Shown here: positions 8,738-17,106 of the stretch, in pieces | Position numbering within the stretch: position 1 is the stretch's first letter | Layout: every line of letters starts with the position of its first letter | From: an uncultured Gammaproteobacteria bacterium | Lineage (GTDB): Bacteria > Patescibacteriota > Microgenomatia > PFEM01 > JAPLYW01 | Length of the DNA: 33,641 nucleotides | Reading direction: 5' to 3' | NCBI GenBank assembly: GCA_965230945.1 | Contig: OZ246397.1 | Location: 504,284 to 537,924, forward strand | Notes under the pieces: generated by a model | What the model saw: only the letters and a program-made list of their open reading frames with translations | What the model was told of the DNA's origin: nothing | Databases searched by the model: none | Position numbers and translations under genes: made by a program

Positions 8738-8777
8738 TCAACCTCCCAGCGTCGGATTTCTACTGGTAATAAAGCGA
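8738..8777 (+). repeat. Left copy of an imperfect direct repeat of about 40 nt bracketing the NTase cassette
   Basis: TCAACCTCCCAGCGTCGGATTTCTACTGGTAATAAAGCGA aligns with 9701-9739 at 31 of 41 columns with one gap. It starts immediately after the leuS stop codon. Both copies look more GC-rich than the surrounding intergenic DNA. Confidence 0.7.
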
Positions 8778-8823
8778 CTCCACTTCTAAGGCAGAACTCA
8801 GCAAAATATGGTACAATTAAATA

Positions 8824-9078
8824 GTGACAATCAACGATTTTATTAAAAAACGGCCATATTTGATTTGGTATACTAAAAATTTCGATAATCTTTCCGCTGA
8901 TTCTATTGTCGAGGCGGTTTTGAATTACGGTAGTTGGGATGATTTTGAAAAAATGGTAAAAATTTTGGGGATGAAAAAAACAGCCTCAATTTTTAGAAAA
9001 AGATCAAAGCAAAAAAGATGCAATTACCGTCCAGAAATAAAAAATTATTTCCAGCTCTATTTCCAGAAGTATGCATAA
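8824..9078 (+). CDS. Small partner protein of the AbiEii-type nucleotidyltransferase (putative antitoxin-like component)
   Basis: 84-aa ORF with a GTG start. It overlaps the downstream NTase gene by 8 nt, consistent with coupling. An extended -10 element TGGTACAAT (8810-8817) ends only 6 nt before the GTG, so the transcript may be leaderless. There is no canonical AbiEi-size wHTH protein here. Confidence 0.55.
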   Translation: MTINDFIKKRPYLIWYTKNFDNLSADSIVEAVLNYGSWDDFEKMVKILGMKKTASIFRKRSKQKRCNYRPEIKNYFQLYFQKYA

Positions 9079-9682
9079 AGAGGTTTTAACAAGAAAACAG
9101 GCAGGATTTCTCCCATTGTTAGAATTATTTTCCAAGGATTTTGGCTTAGTGGGCGGAACAGCAATTGCGCTTTATATTGGGCATAGGAGATCAATAGATT
9201 TTGATCTTTTTACTAATAAAGAATTTAAAAACAAGGACATTTTAAATAAAATTTCTAAATCTTTTAAAATAGATATGGTTGTTGTTAATAACCCGGAGGA
9301 GTTAATAATCATAATCAAGGGGGTAAGATTCACTTTTTTTCGTTATCCATATAAAGTTGATTATTCAAAAAAGTTTGATAATGTAATAAAGCTTCCAGAT
9401 CTCTTGACGCTGGCTGCTATGAAGGCATTTGCCTTGGGAATGAGGGCCAAGTGGAAAGATTATGTTGATTTGTATTTCATTTTGAAAAACCATTACAGTA
9501 TTGATAAAATTGTAAAAAAGGCCAAAAAGATTTTCGGTAATGGATTTAATGAAAAATTGTTCCGATCCCAGATGGCTTACTTCAAAGATATCGACTATAA
9601 AGAAGAAATAATTTATCTTAAGGGTTATAAGACGGACGATAAAACCATAAAAAAGGAATTGATTGATTTTAGCTTAAGTTAG
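9071..9682 (+). CDS. Nucleotidyltransferase of the AbiEii/AbiGii (DUF1814-like) toxin family
   Basis: 203-aa ORF. The N-terminal motif LVGGTAIALYIGHRRSIDFDLF matches the family signature GGTAL...R.S.D(I/L)D(F/L). The C-terminal region contains AMKAFALGMRAKWKDYVDLYFIL. Size and the two-gene layout fit type IV TA/abortive-infection modules. Confidence 0.7.
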   Translation: MHKEVLTRKQAGFLPLLELFSKDFGLVGGTAIALYIGHRRSIDFDLFTNKEFKNKDILNKISKSFKIDMVVVNNPEELIIIIKGVRFTFFRYPYKVDYSKKFDNVIKLPDLLTLAAMKAFALGMRAKWKDYVDLYFILKNHYSIDKIVKKAKKIFGNGFNEKLFRSQMAYFKDIDYKEEIIYLKGYKTDDKTIKKELIDFSLS

Positions 9683-9700
9683 CTGAATACTAACAGCAAC

Positions 9701-9739
9701 TCAACTTCCAGTGCAGGATTTCTGCGGGTAATAAGACGA
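9701..9739 (+). repeat. Right copy of the imperfect direct repeat bracketing the NTase cassette
   Basis: TCAACTTCCAGTGCAGGATTTCTGCGGGTAATAAGACGA lies 18 nt after the NTase stop codon. See 8738-8777 for the alignment. Confidence 0.7.
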
Positions 9740-9741
9740 GC

Positions 9742-9770
9742 TTGACAAGAAAAGGGAACAAGTTTAGATT
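9742..9770 (+). promoter_or_regulatory. Candidate sigma-70-type promoter for the comEA-comEC-argS gene string
   Basis: TTGACA (9742-9747), a 17-nt spacer, then TAGATT (9765-9770). It lies about 40 nt upstream of the comEA ATG. Confidence 0.35.
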
Positions 9771-9808
9771 AAAAGAAAGCAAGTCGGGTTTATATTCCGG
9801 CTTTTTTG

Positions 9809-10390
9809 ATGGCAGAAACTTTTTCTTGGGAGAAATTCTTAAAGGAATACAAATGGCAGGTTCTTCTTGGCTTTTTAGGTTTAATTTTTGTTATTAGTAG
9901 TATTTTTCTTCTTAATCAAACGGATAATTCGGGTATTCAAATTATTCCCATTGAAGAGGAAGCAGAAGGTAAAACAATTTTCGTTGATTTACAGGGAGCG
10001 GTTGAAAAACCTGGATTGTATGAATTAGCCGCCGAGGCTCGCTTGAATGACTTGCTTATTAAGGCCGGTGGGCTTTCAGCAGGTGCCGATCGTGATTGGG
10101 TAGAGAAGAATTTAAATTTAGCTCAAAAGCTTATTGACGGAGCCAAGCTTTATATTCCCGAAGAGAAAGAGCTGGGAGTACAAGACTCAGTTTTAGGTAG
10201 TGTAGGCGATAGGATCAATATTAATAGGGCTTCTTTAAGCGAGTTAGATTCTTTATGGGGAATAGGTCAAAAAAGAGCCGCCGATATTATTGCCAATCGT
10301 CCTTACCAAACGATTGAAGAATTAAAAGATAAAAAAATCATTCCCCAGAATGTCTTTCAAGAAATTAAAGAAGAGATTTGTGTTTATTAA
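9809..10390 (+). CDS. comEA: ComEA-type DNA receptor (SLBB domain plus helix-hairpin-helix)
   Basis: N-terminal TM anchor (VLLGFLGLIFVISSIFLL). SLBB-like segment IFVDLQGAVEKPGLYEL...RLNDLLIKAGGL. C-terminal HhH region ININRASLSELDSLWGIGQKRAADIIANRPYQTIEEL. The track starts at TTG 9806; the adjacent ATG 9809 is more likely. Confidence 0.9.
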   Translation: MAETFSWEKFLKEYKWQVLLGFLGLIFVISSIFLLNQTDNSGIQIIPIEEEAEGKTIFVDLQGAVEKPGLYELAAEARLNDLLIKAGGLSAGADRDWVEKNLNLAQKLIDGAKLYIPEEKELGVQDSVLGSVGDRININRASLSELDSLWGIGQKRAADIIANRPYQTIEELKDKKIIPQNVFQEIKEEICVY

Positions 10391-11639
10391 TACTCAGGTT
10401 AAACTTCTGCTTGTAGTTTTGCTGTTATTTACTCCTTTCTATTTTTTTCGCTTTTATCATTTACAAAGATATAATTTACCTGAAGAAAAGCGAGTGAAAA
10501 TTAAAGGAAGGGTAATTAAACAACCCTATCTTAAGGGTTCATATCAGATCATAGAGTTAAATTCGGTTTTAATAAGAACACAGCGTTTTCCGGGATATTT
10601 TTATGGTGACCAGCTAGAGGTTACTGGCAGATTGGAAAAACAAATGCTAAACCCCTTTCAGACCCGTTATTTAGCGAATTTTCCAACCATTGAGAAGATT
10701 GAAGAAAAACAAAATTTAATTAATAAGGTAGGGCTCAAGAAATTTCTTTTTAAAACTAGAGGACAAATTGAAAGGAAGATTGGCGGCTTTTTACCTGAGC
10801 CTCATGGCAGTTTGCTTCTAGGAATTCTCTTTGGTATGAAAACTCAGATCCCTCAAGATTTTTGGCAGGATTTGCGGAAAACAGGTACCTTGCATTTGGT
10901 GGTAGCTTCAGGACAGAATGTATCTTTGGTAGCTGGTTTTTTGATGGCCAGCTTGATTCATTTTCTAGATCGCCGTAAAGCCATTCTTATGGCTAATTTA
11001 GGCATTCTTTTTTATGTTTTAATGGTGGGAGCTGAACCGCCAGCAGTACGAGCAGGAATAATGGTTTCTTTAGCCTTTTTGGGTCAGCTCTTTGGCAGGG
11101 AAGGTAAGGCGCTAGTTTTTCTTTTGGCCAGCGTCTTGATAATGCTTTTAATATCACCTTTGGTACTTTTTGATGTCGGTTTTCAACTTTCTTTTATGGC
11201 CACCTTGGGTATTTTAGTTGTTTATCCACTTTTAAGAAACAAAAGCAAAATTTTTAATTTTCCTCTTTTAGGTGATGGTTTAGCCGTAACGATAGCCGCT
11301 CAATCAACAACCTTACCAATTCTTTTAGTAAATTTTGGTCAGGTAAGTTGGTTGTCACCGCTGATTAATGCCTTAGTTTTGCCCACCATTCCTTTCATTA
11401 TGGTTTTAGGCGGGGGAATGCTGGTTTTAAGCTGGTTTAGCAGTCTTTTAACTCAGCTGCTAGCTTACTTTGCTTGGTTGTTCTTGAATTACTTTGTTAA
11501 GGTGATAGAGGTTTTTGGGAATTTGTTCTGGGTAAGTTATGAATTTAAGCAAATATCTGGTTGGTGGGGAGTTGTTTACTATCTGGTTTTCGCTTTAATT
11601 CTTTTAAGATTTTACAAAAGATTAAATGAAAGAAGCTAA
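10350..11639 (+). CDS. comEC: ComEC/Rec2 competence channel, membrane part only (OB-fold/DUF4131-like region plus Competence domain)
   Basis: 429-aa polytopic ORF. The Competence-domain motif is GTLHLVVASGQNVSLVAGFL. An N-terminal OB-like segment (VKIKGRVIKQPY...GDQLEVTGRL) is present. It has no metallo-beta-lactamase domain of its own. Confidence 0.88.
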   Translation: MSFKKLKKRFVFINTQVKLLLVVLLLFTPFYFFRFYHLQRYNLPEEKRVKIKGRVIKQPYLKGSYQIIELNSVLIRTQRFPGYFYGDQLEVTGRLEKQMLNPFQTRYLANFPTIEKIEEKQNLINKVGLKKFLFKTRGQIERKIGGFLPEPHGSLLLGILFGMKTQIPQDFWQDLRKTGTLHLVVASGQNVSLVAGFLMASLIHFLDRRKAILMANLGILFYVLMVGAEPPAVRAGIMVSLAFLGQLFGREGKALVFLLASVLIMLLISPLVLFDVGFQLSFMATLGILVVYPLLRNKSKIFNFPLLGDGLAVTIAAQSTTLPILLVNFGQVSWLSPLINALVLPTIPFIMVLGGGMLVLSWFSSLLTQLLAYFAWLFLNYFVKVIEVFGNLFWVSYEFKQISGWWGVVYYLVFALILLRFYKRLNERS

Positions 11640-12465
11640 TTTATTAAAGAAGCCATTTTTCTGGCTTTTTTTGACCTTTGTTTTAATTTTAATGTTTGTT
11701 TTATCCTTACCTGATGGTAATCTTCATTTGACCTTTTGTCAGGTGGGGCAGGGAGATGCCATTTTGATTAGTTTTAAAAACAATCAGATTTTGATTGATG
11801 GGGGACCTGACAAAAAAGTTTTAGATTGTCTTTCTAAAAACATGCCTTTTTGGGATCGAACCATAGAGATGGTTATTCTTACCCATTCAGAAAAAGATCA
11901 TTTAACGGGTTTAATTGATGTTTTTAAACGTTATCAAGTAGAACAACTTGTTTCTAATTCAGTTTCTAATAATTCTTTGGCTTTTAAGGAATTTCAAAAA
12001 GCGGTTTTAGAAGAAAAGGCTTTGTTTTATGCACCCCAAAAAGGAGATAAGTTTTTAGTTGATGCCGTTCAATTTGAAGTTTTATGGCCTGAATATAAAG
12101 TGACTGATAAAAATTGGCAGGGGAATAACCTCAATGAGATTTCTATTGTCCTTGAGTTTTCTTTTGGTAAGTTCGATGTTTTATTTACCGGAGATATTTC
12201 CAGTAAGATTGAGCAGCAATTAGAATTGTCAGAAGTTGAAGTCTTAAAAGTTAGTCATCATGGCAGTAAATTCTCTACCAGTGAGGAATTTCTAGAGAAG
12301 ATAAGGCCAGAATTGGCCATTATTTGTGTAGGTAAGAATCGATTTGGGCATCCGACTACTGAAGTTCTTAAGAGGTTAGAAAAATACTTAATAAAAACTT
12401 CAAGAACAGACGAGGGAGTGGTCAGGATAGTCAGCGATGGATATGGTTACATAGTTAGCCACTGA
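11626..12465 (+). CDS. Membrane-anchored metallo-beta-lactamase-fold protein, equivalent to the C-terminal nuclease domain of ComEC but encoded as a separate ORF
   Basis: TM anchor FFWLFLTFVLILMFVLSL, then CQVGQGDAILISF...LIDGG, THSEKDHLTGL and LKVSHHGSK, the ComEC-type MBL signature. It overlaps the upstream ORF by 14 nt in the +1 frame. A TAA at 11623-11625 closes this frame immediately upstream of its ATG. Confidence 0.85.
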   Translation: MKEANLLKKPFFWLFLTFVLILMFVLSLPDGNLHLTFCQVGQGDAILISFKNNQILIDGGPDKKVLDCLSKNMPFWDRTIEMVILTHSEKDHLTGLIDVFKRYQVEQLVSNSVSNNSLAFKEFQKAVLEEKALFYAPQKGDKFLVDAVQFEVLWPEYKVTDKNWQGNNLNEISIVLEFSFGKFDVLFTGDISSKIEQQLELSEVEVLKVSHHGSKFSTSEEFLEKIRPELAIICVGKNRFGHPTTEVLKRLEKYLIKTSRTDEGVVRIVSDGYGYIVSH

Positions 12466-12511
12466 CAACTCCCCATTATTAAAGCAAGAGGCTTTACGGC
12501 GTTCTCTGGTA

Positions 12512-14251
12512 ATGCTATACTGCAAAATAATGATAAAAGAAAGGATAAAAGTAGATTTAAGCCAAGTTTTAAAAAAACTTCAAATTAATCCTAATGATTT
12601 AGAGATAGAACATCCTTTAGATCTTAATCATGGTGATTTTGCTACCAATATTGCCTTAAGAGTTAAAAGAAAAGAACTTCCTATTCCTTTTGATTTGGCC
12701 AGTAAAATTGTGGCTACTTGGCGTTCTTCAGGGTTACCGGATTATATTGCCAAAATTGAGGTAGTCAAACCTGGCTTTATCAATATTTGGCTGGAAAACA
12801 GTTTCCTTGTCAGTCAAATAGAGGAAGTGATAAAAGGAAAAGATAAGTATGGCTCTTCTGATTTTGGTAAGAACAAAACTGTGGTTATTGATTATTCTTC
12901 GGTTAATATTGCCAAGCCTTTTGGCATTGGTCATTTACGCTCGACCATTATTGGCCAGGCAATTTATAATCTTTATAAATTTTTGGGCTATAAAGTGGTT
13001 GGCGTTAATCACTTGGGGGACTGGGGAACTCAGTTTGGTAAGTTGATTGTGGCTATTAAGAGATGGAATAAGGGCAATATTAAGGATTTGACTTTTGAAA
13101 AACTAGAAAAGCTTTATGTTAAATTTCATAGCCAGGCAGAAAAAAGACCTCAGCTAGAAGAGGAAGCCAGAGCTTGGTTTAAAAAGCTGGAAGACAAAGA
13201 TCCTGAAGCAAGAAAGATTTGGAAAGCCTGCGTTGATATTTCTTTAAAGGAGTTTGAACGTATTTATGAGCTTTTAGGAGTTAAAATTGATCATAATATT
13301 GGCGAGAGTTTTTATGAGGGTAAGATGGAGGATGTTATTATCTTGGCTAAAAGAAAGAAAATAGCTGTTAAAAGTCAGGGCGCTTTGGTGGTTAAGTTCC
13401 CTGAATTGGACATGCTGCCAGCCATTCTTCTTAAATCTGACGGAGCAACCACTTATGAAACTAGAGATTTAGCCTGTATTGCTTATCGAAAAAAACGCTG
13501 GTCTCCTGATTTATTTATTTATGAGGTAGGATCAGATCAAAAGCTTCATTTTCAGCAGACCTTTGCGGCGGCTGTAAAACTAGGCTACGGTAGACCTGAG
13601 CAGTTTATCCATGTAAGTCATGGTTTGATACGTTTAGAAGGGGAAAGAATGAGCACCAGAAAGGGGAAAACAATTCATTTAGAAAGGGTTTTACAAGAGG
13701 CTGTTAAACGAGCACAAAAAATTATTACTTCTTCGGAAAACAAAGAGAAACTTCCCAAGACTCAGCAGAAGAAAATCGCCAAGATGGTAGGAGTAGGGGC
13801 GGTTAAATATCTTGATTTAATGCATCATCATACTTCTGATATTGTTTTTGATTGGAAGAAAATGTTTGTTCTAGAGGGAAACTCAGCTCCTTACCTACAA
13901 TATACTTATGCTCGTTGTCAGAGTGTCATGGCTAAAGCAGAAAAAGAGATTTCTTTTCCTGAAGATACTTCACACCTAAAGCTAAAGAAAGAAGAAGAAA
14001 ACCTTTTACGTGCTCTTTATAAATTCCCAGAAGTGGTTCAAGAAGCAGGGGAGAAATTCTCGCCCAATTTAGTTTGCAGCTTTCTTTTTGACTTAGCCCA
14101 GAAGTATAATCTCTTTTATAATAAACACTCTATTCTGGGAGCTGATAATCCTTACACTATTGAGTTTAGATTAGCTTTAACTACCGCTGTAAGTCAGATA
14201 ATTAAAAACGGTCTTACCTTACTTAGTATTGATACCCCGGAAAGAATGTAA
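12512..14251 (+). CDS. argS: Arginyl-tRNA synthetase
   Basis: The HIGH-region equivalent is SVNIAKPFGIGHLRS and the KMSK-equivalent is ERMSTRKGK. The C-terminal DALR anticodon-binding region ends in ...PERM. The start may be ATG 12530 (MIKERIK) rather than 12512. Confidence 0.95.
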   Translation: MLYCKIMIKERIKVDLSQVLKKLQINPNDLEIEHPLDLNHGDFATNIALRVKRKELPIPFDLASKIVATWRSSGLPDYIAKIEVVKPGFINIWLENSFLVSQIEEVIKGKDKYGSSDFGKNKTVVIDYSSVNIAKPFGIGHLRSTIIGQAIYNLYKFLGYKVVGVNHLGDWGTQFGKLIVAIKRWNKGNIKDLTFEKLEKLYVKFHSQAEKRPQLEEEARAWFKKLEDKDPEARKIWKACVDISLKEFERIYELLGVKIDHNIGESFYEGKMEDVIILAKRKKIAVKSQGALVVKFPELDMLPAILLKSDGATTYETRDLACIAYRKKRWSPDLFIYEVGSDQKLHFQQTFAAAVKLGYGRPEQFIHVSHGLIRLEGERMSTRKGKTIHLERVLQEAVKRAQKIITSSENKEKLPKTQQKKIAKMVGVGAVKYLDLMHHHTSDIVFDWKKMFVLEGNSAPYLQYTYARCQSVMAKAEKEISFPEDTSHLKLKKEEENLLRALYKFPEVVQEAGEKFSPNLVCSFLFDLAQKYNLFYNKHSILGADNPYTIEFRLALTTAVSQIIKNGLTLLSIDTPERM

Positions 14252-14253
14252 TC

Positions 14254-15525
14254 ATGATTAAGCATAAATTAACGACCATTAAAAATGGATTAAGAGTTAT
14301 TACTGTTCCCATGTCTCAAATAGAATCAACGACAGTGATGATTGGCGTAGGTGCTGGCTCGAGGTATGAAAATAAGAAAAATAATGGCATTTCTCATTTC
14401 TTGGAGCATATGGTTTTTAAGGGGACAAAGAAACGCCCTACAGCCTTAGATATTGCTACTGCTTTAGATGGAATTGGAGCGACTTTTAATGCCTTTACCG
14501 GTAAGGAACTTACCGGTTATTTTGTCAAGGCTAATGCCCAACATCAAGAATTGGCTTTTGATGTTTTAACCGATATGGTTTTTAATTCCAAACTTGATTC
14601 CTTAGAAATTGAAAAAGAAAAGAGAGTTATTATTAGTGAGATTGATATGTATGAAGATATGCCTATGGAGAATATCGATAATGTTTTTGACTCACTAATG
14701 TATGGTTTGACCCCTTTAGGTTGGGATGTAATAGGTAAAAAAGAGAATATTAGAAAGATGGGGAAAAGAGATTTTATAGATTATCAGAAGCGTTTTTATT
14801 TTCCAAGCAATATGGTTGTTATTGGTACAGGTAAAGTGGAAGAAAAAAAGTTTTTGAATTTAGTTAATGGTTATTTTGGTAAATTAAAGGACAAGCAGAA
14901 AGAAGGATTTAAAGCTTTTAATTTTAATCAGAGTGAATCCAGGGTGAAATTAAAAAAACAGAAAACTTCTCAGGCTCATTTCTGTTTAGGTGTTCCTGCG
15001 TATAATTATTCTCATCCTGATTATTTCCCAATTTGTATACTGACAATTATTCTTGGTAGTGGTATGAGCTCTCGTTTATTTATTCAACTGAGAGAAAAAA
15101 GAGGTTTGGGTTATTATGTTAGAACCACACCAGTATTTTTTATGGATAACGGTCATTTAATAACCCAAGCAGGGGTGCATATAAACAAGATTGAGGAAGC
15201 AGTGAAAGTGGTATTGGAGGAGTATGGCAAAATAACTCTAAAGGAAGTAGGTAGAAAAGAGTTAAAAAAAGTAAAAGAATTTTTAAAAGGACGTTTAATT
15301 TTAAGCTTAGAGAATTCTGGGTCGATAGCTAATAATTATCTTTATCAGGTAATCTTGGAGAAAAAGATTCGTGATACAGAAGAGAAGATTAAATTGATTG
15401 ATAAGGTAACTGCTGAAGATATTCAAAGAGTAGCAAAGGATATTTTTAAGTCTGAGAAACTTAATTTAGCCGTTATTGGTCCTTATAAGGACGAAGAAAA
15501 ATTCAAAAAGCTTCTTAAATTTTAA
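14254..15525 (+). CDS. M16 (pitrilysin/insulinase) family zinc peptidase
   Basis: Inverted zinc motif HxxEH in GISHFLEHMVFKGT. The protein is 423 aa. It starts 2 nt after the argS stop. Confidence 0.9.
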   Translation: MIKHKLTTIKNGLRVITVPMSQIESTTVMIGVGAGSRYENKKNNGISHFLEHMVFKGTKKRPTALDIATALDGIGATFNAFTGKELTGYFVKANAQHQELAFDVLTDMVFNSKLDSLEIEKEKRVIISEIDMYEDMPMENIDNVFDSLMYGLTPLGWDVIGKKENIRKMGKRDFIDYQKRFYFPSNMVVIGTGKVEEKKFLNLVNGYFGKLKDKQKEGFKAFNFNQSESRVKLKKQKTSQAHFCLGVPAYNYSHPDYFPICILTIILGSGMSSRLFIQLREKRGLGYYVRTTPVFFMDNGHLITQAGVHINKIEEAVKVVLEEYGKITLKEVGRKELKKVKEFLKGRLILSLENSGSIANNYLYQVILEKKIRDTEEKIKLIDKVTAEDIQRVAKDIFKSEKLNLAVIGPYKDEEKFKKLLKF

Positions 15526-15535
15526 TTTCTCTTTG

Positions 15536-15608
15536 TCGGAGAGCCGGGATTCGAACCCGGGACCTCGTCGTCCCGAACGACGCGCGCTACCATCTGCGCC
15601 ACTCTCCG
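15536..15608 (-). tRNA. tRNA-Pro (anticodon CGG)
   Basis: The minus strand folds by hand into a cloverleaf: CGGAGAG-TG-GCGC-AGATGGTA-GCGC-G-CGTCG-TTCGGGA-CGACG-AGGTC-CCGGG-TTCGAAT-CCCGG-CTCTCCG-A. CCA is not encoded. Confidence 0.92.
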
Positions 15609-15613
15609 GTGAG

Positions 15614-15685
15614 TATTCCCGGAAGGAGTCGAACCTTCATCGGTGGTTTAGGAAACCACTGCTCTATCCGTTGAGCTACGGGAAC
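15614..15685 (-). tRNA. tRNA-Arg (anticodon CCT)
   Basis: The minus strand reads GTTCCCG-TA-GCTC-AACGGATA-GAGC-A-GTGGT-TTCCTAA-ACCAC-CGAT-GAAGG-TTCGACT-CCTTC-CGGGAAT-A. Base pair 1-72 is a G-U wobble. It lies 5 nt from tRNA-Pro. Confidence 0.9.
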
Positions 15686-15727
15686 AGATACTGTTGTTAT
15701 TTTATCAGTTTAGAGAGAAATTTTCTA

Positions 15728-16966
15728 TTAGCGAAGGGAGATAGAGTAAAGATTGATAGGCGTTTCCTTGCTTAGAGAAGTTAAGACGAGAATTTTACTG
15801 GCCGAGGGGAAGGGGAAGGCAAAAGAATTTTCAAATGGTCCGGAGTAGACATCGGTGAGATTGGTACCCTCGTATTCAATGATGCTGATTTTATCTTCCT
15901 GAACGATAAAGAGGTTTTTAGAAGTAGGGAACCAAGATATTTTAGGGAAAAAAGATTGTTTTTCATCTTCGCTTTCTTGTGGGGCGTCAAGAACATAAAA
16001 GTTACGATCCTCTTTAATATCGTAAACATAGACCTTACCTGATTTGATATCTCTTGATTGCGCTTGACTACTGGCTCCGGGGAAAGGTGGGATTAGTTCT
16101 TCCGGGATTGAAGCAGAAGCAGTAGCTTCATAAAGAATTTTTGTTTCATCAGGTGAGAATTCGATGTTAACTGTTGAGGTATTGAGGATTTCTAATAATT
16201 CTTCTGGTAGTTTGTCAAGTTTGGCTTCTTTGACAATTTCTTCTTCGTTTTGCCATCGTCTTTTAATGCCTAGTATTTGATTGTTAATATCGACCAACTT
16301 TGTGGCGGGATTAAGCTGATTACTATTGACCAGGAAGCTTTCTTCAGTAATTTTGCCTTGAGGGGTAAGTTTTTCTAAAGTAATCAGTATTTGCTTTGAA
16401 TCAGGAGACCATTGATAAGTACCTTTTTCAAATTGTCTGCCCTTAGGAGCGCTTTTAAGAATTTGGATTGGCTCTGGGTTTAAGCCTAGTGGTCTGTCGG
16501 ATAAAGATAGAACCCAAAGCCCGTTTTTATCGTTTTCCTGTCCAGAAACAGCATAGGCTACTTTTTTAGCGTCAGGAGAGATGATGGGCTTAGAAGCACC
16601 TGTAGAAGTTAGAGCTTTAAGGTCAGAGTAGGTAGCAAAAAGGTAGGCATTTGTTTTGGCAACGAGTTCTTTTTTGATGAGAAGCTTCTTTTTCCAAGAA
16701 CTGTAGCCGTCTTTTTTAATTTCTACCTCATATTCTCCTGGGGGGAGATTAATATTAGCAGGGGTGGTTTTTGACTTAACTTGTTTTCCATCAAGGAAAA
16801 TTGCAGCCTGATTGGGGGTAGAAACAGCTATTAGGAGACCATTAGGGCGTAATCTTTTACTAGAAAAATCAGGGCGGTATCCTTGAGCGATTTTAATGAG
16901 GAAAAAAGCACCAACAGAAATACCGATGATAATACTAAGAGAGATGATGATCCTTTTGCGAATCAT
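15728..16966 (-). CDS. Membrane-anchored PEGA-domain plus TolB-like beta-propeller repeat protein
   Basis: N-terminal TM helix (IIISLSIIIGISVGAFFLI). PEGA segment LPPGEYEVEIKKDGYSSWKKKL. Repeated SPD motifs typical of TolB/WD40-like blades: SPDAKKVAY, WSPDSKQILI and FSPDETKILY. Confidence 0.75.
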   Translation of the reverse strand: MIRKRIIISLSIIIGISVGAFFLIKIAQGYRPDFSSKRLRPNGLLIAVSTPNQAAIFLDGKQVKSKTTPANINLPPGEYEVEIKKDGYSSWKKKLLIKKELVAKTNAYLFATYSDLKALTSTGASKPIISPDAKKVAYAVSGQENDKNGLWVLSLSDRPLGLNPEPIQILKSAPKGRQFEKGTYQWSPDSKQILITLEKLTPQGKITEESFLVNSNQLNPATKLVDINNQILGIKRRWQNEEEIVKEAKLDKLPEELLEILNTSTVNIEFSPDETKILYEATASASIPEELIPPFPGASSQAQSRDIKSGKVYVYDIKEDRNFYVLDAPQESEDEKQSFFPKISWFPTSKNLFIVQEDKISIIEYEGTNLTDVYSGPFENSFAFPFPSASKILVLTSLSKETPINLYSISLR

Positions 16967-17106
16967 AAAAAGAATTTTATCATATTATTGTAGGGAATAA
17001 CAAGATGGTTTATGATTAATTGCGACTTTACTTGAGATAAAAAGAGGGTCATAATTAAGCTTATTATCTTAACTTTTAAACAGTTTAATCTAAATATCTA
17101 TATCAT

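Noticed and set aside
8756-8775. ATTTCTACTG inside the left direct repeat matches the start of the Cas12a (Cpf1) crRNA repeat stem (AATTTCTACTgttGTAGAT).
   Set aside because: No complementary GTAGA arm follows, there are only two widely spaced copies, and there is no spacer-repeat periodicity or cas gene. This is a chance 10-mer match.
15476-15775. A 99-aa plus-strand ORF in the track.
   Set aside because: It is read straight through two well-folding minus-strand tRNA genes (Pro, Arg), so it is spurious.
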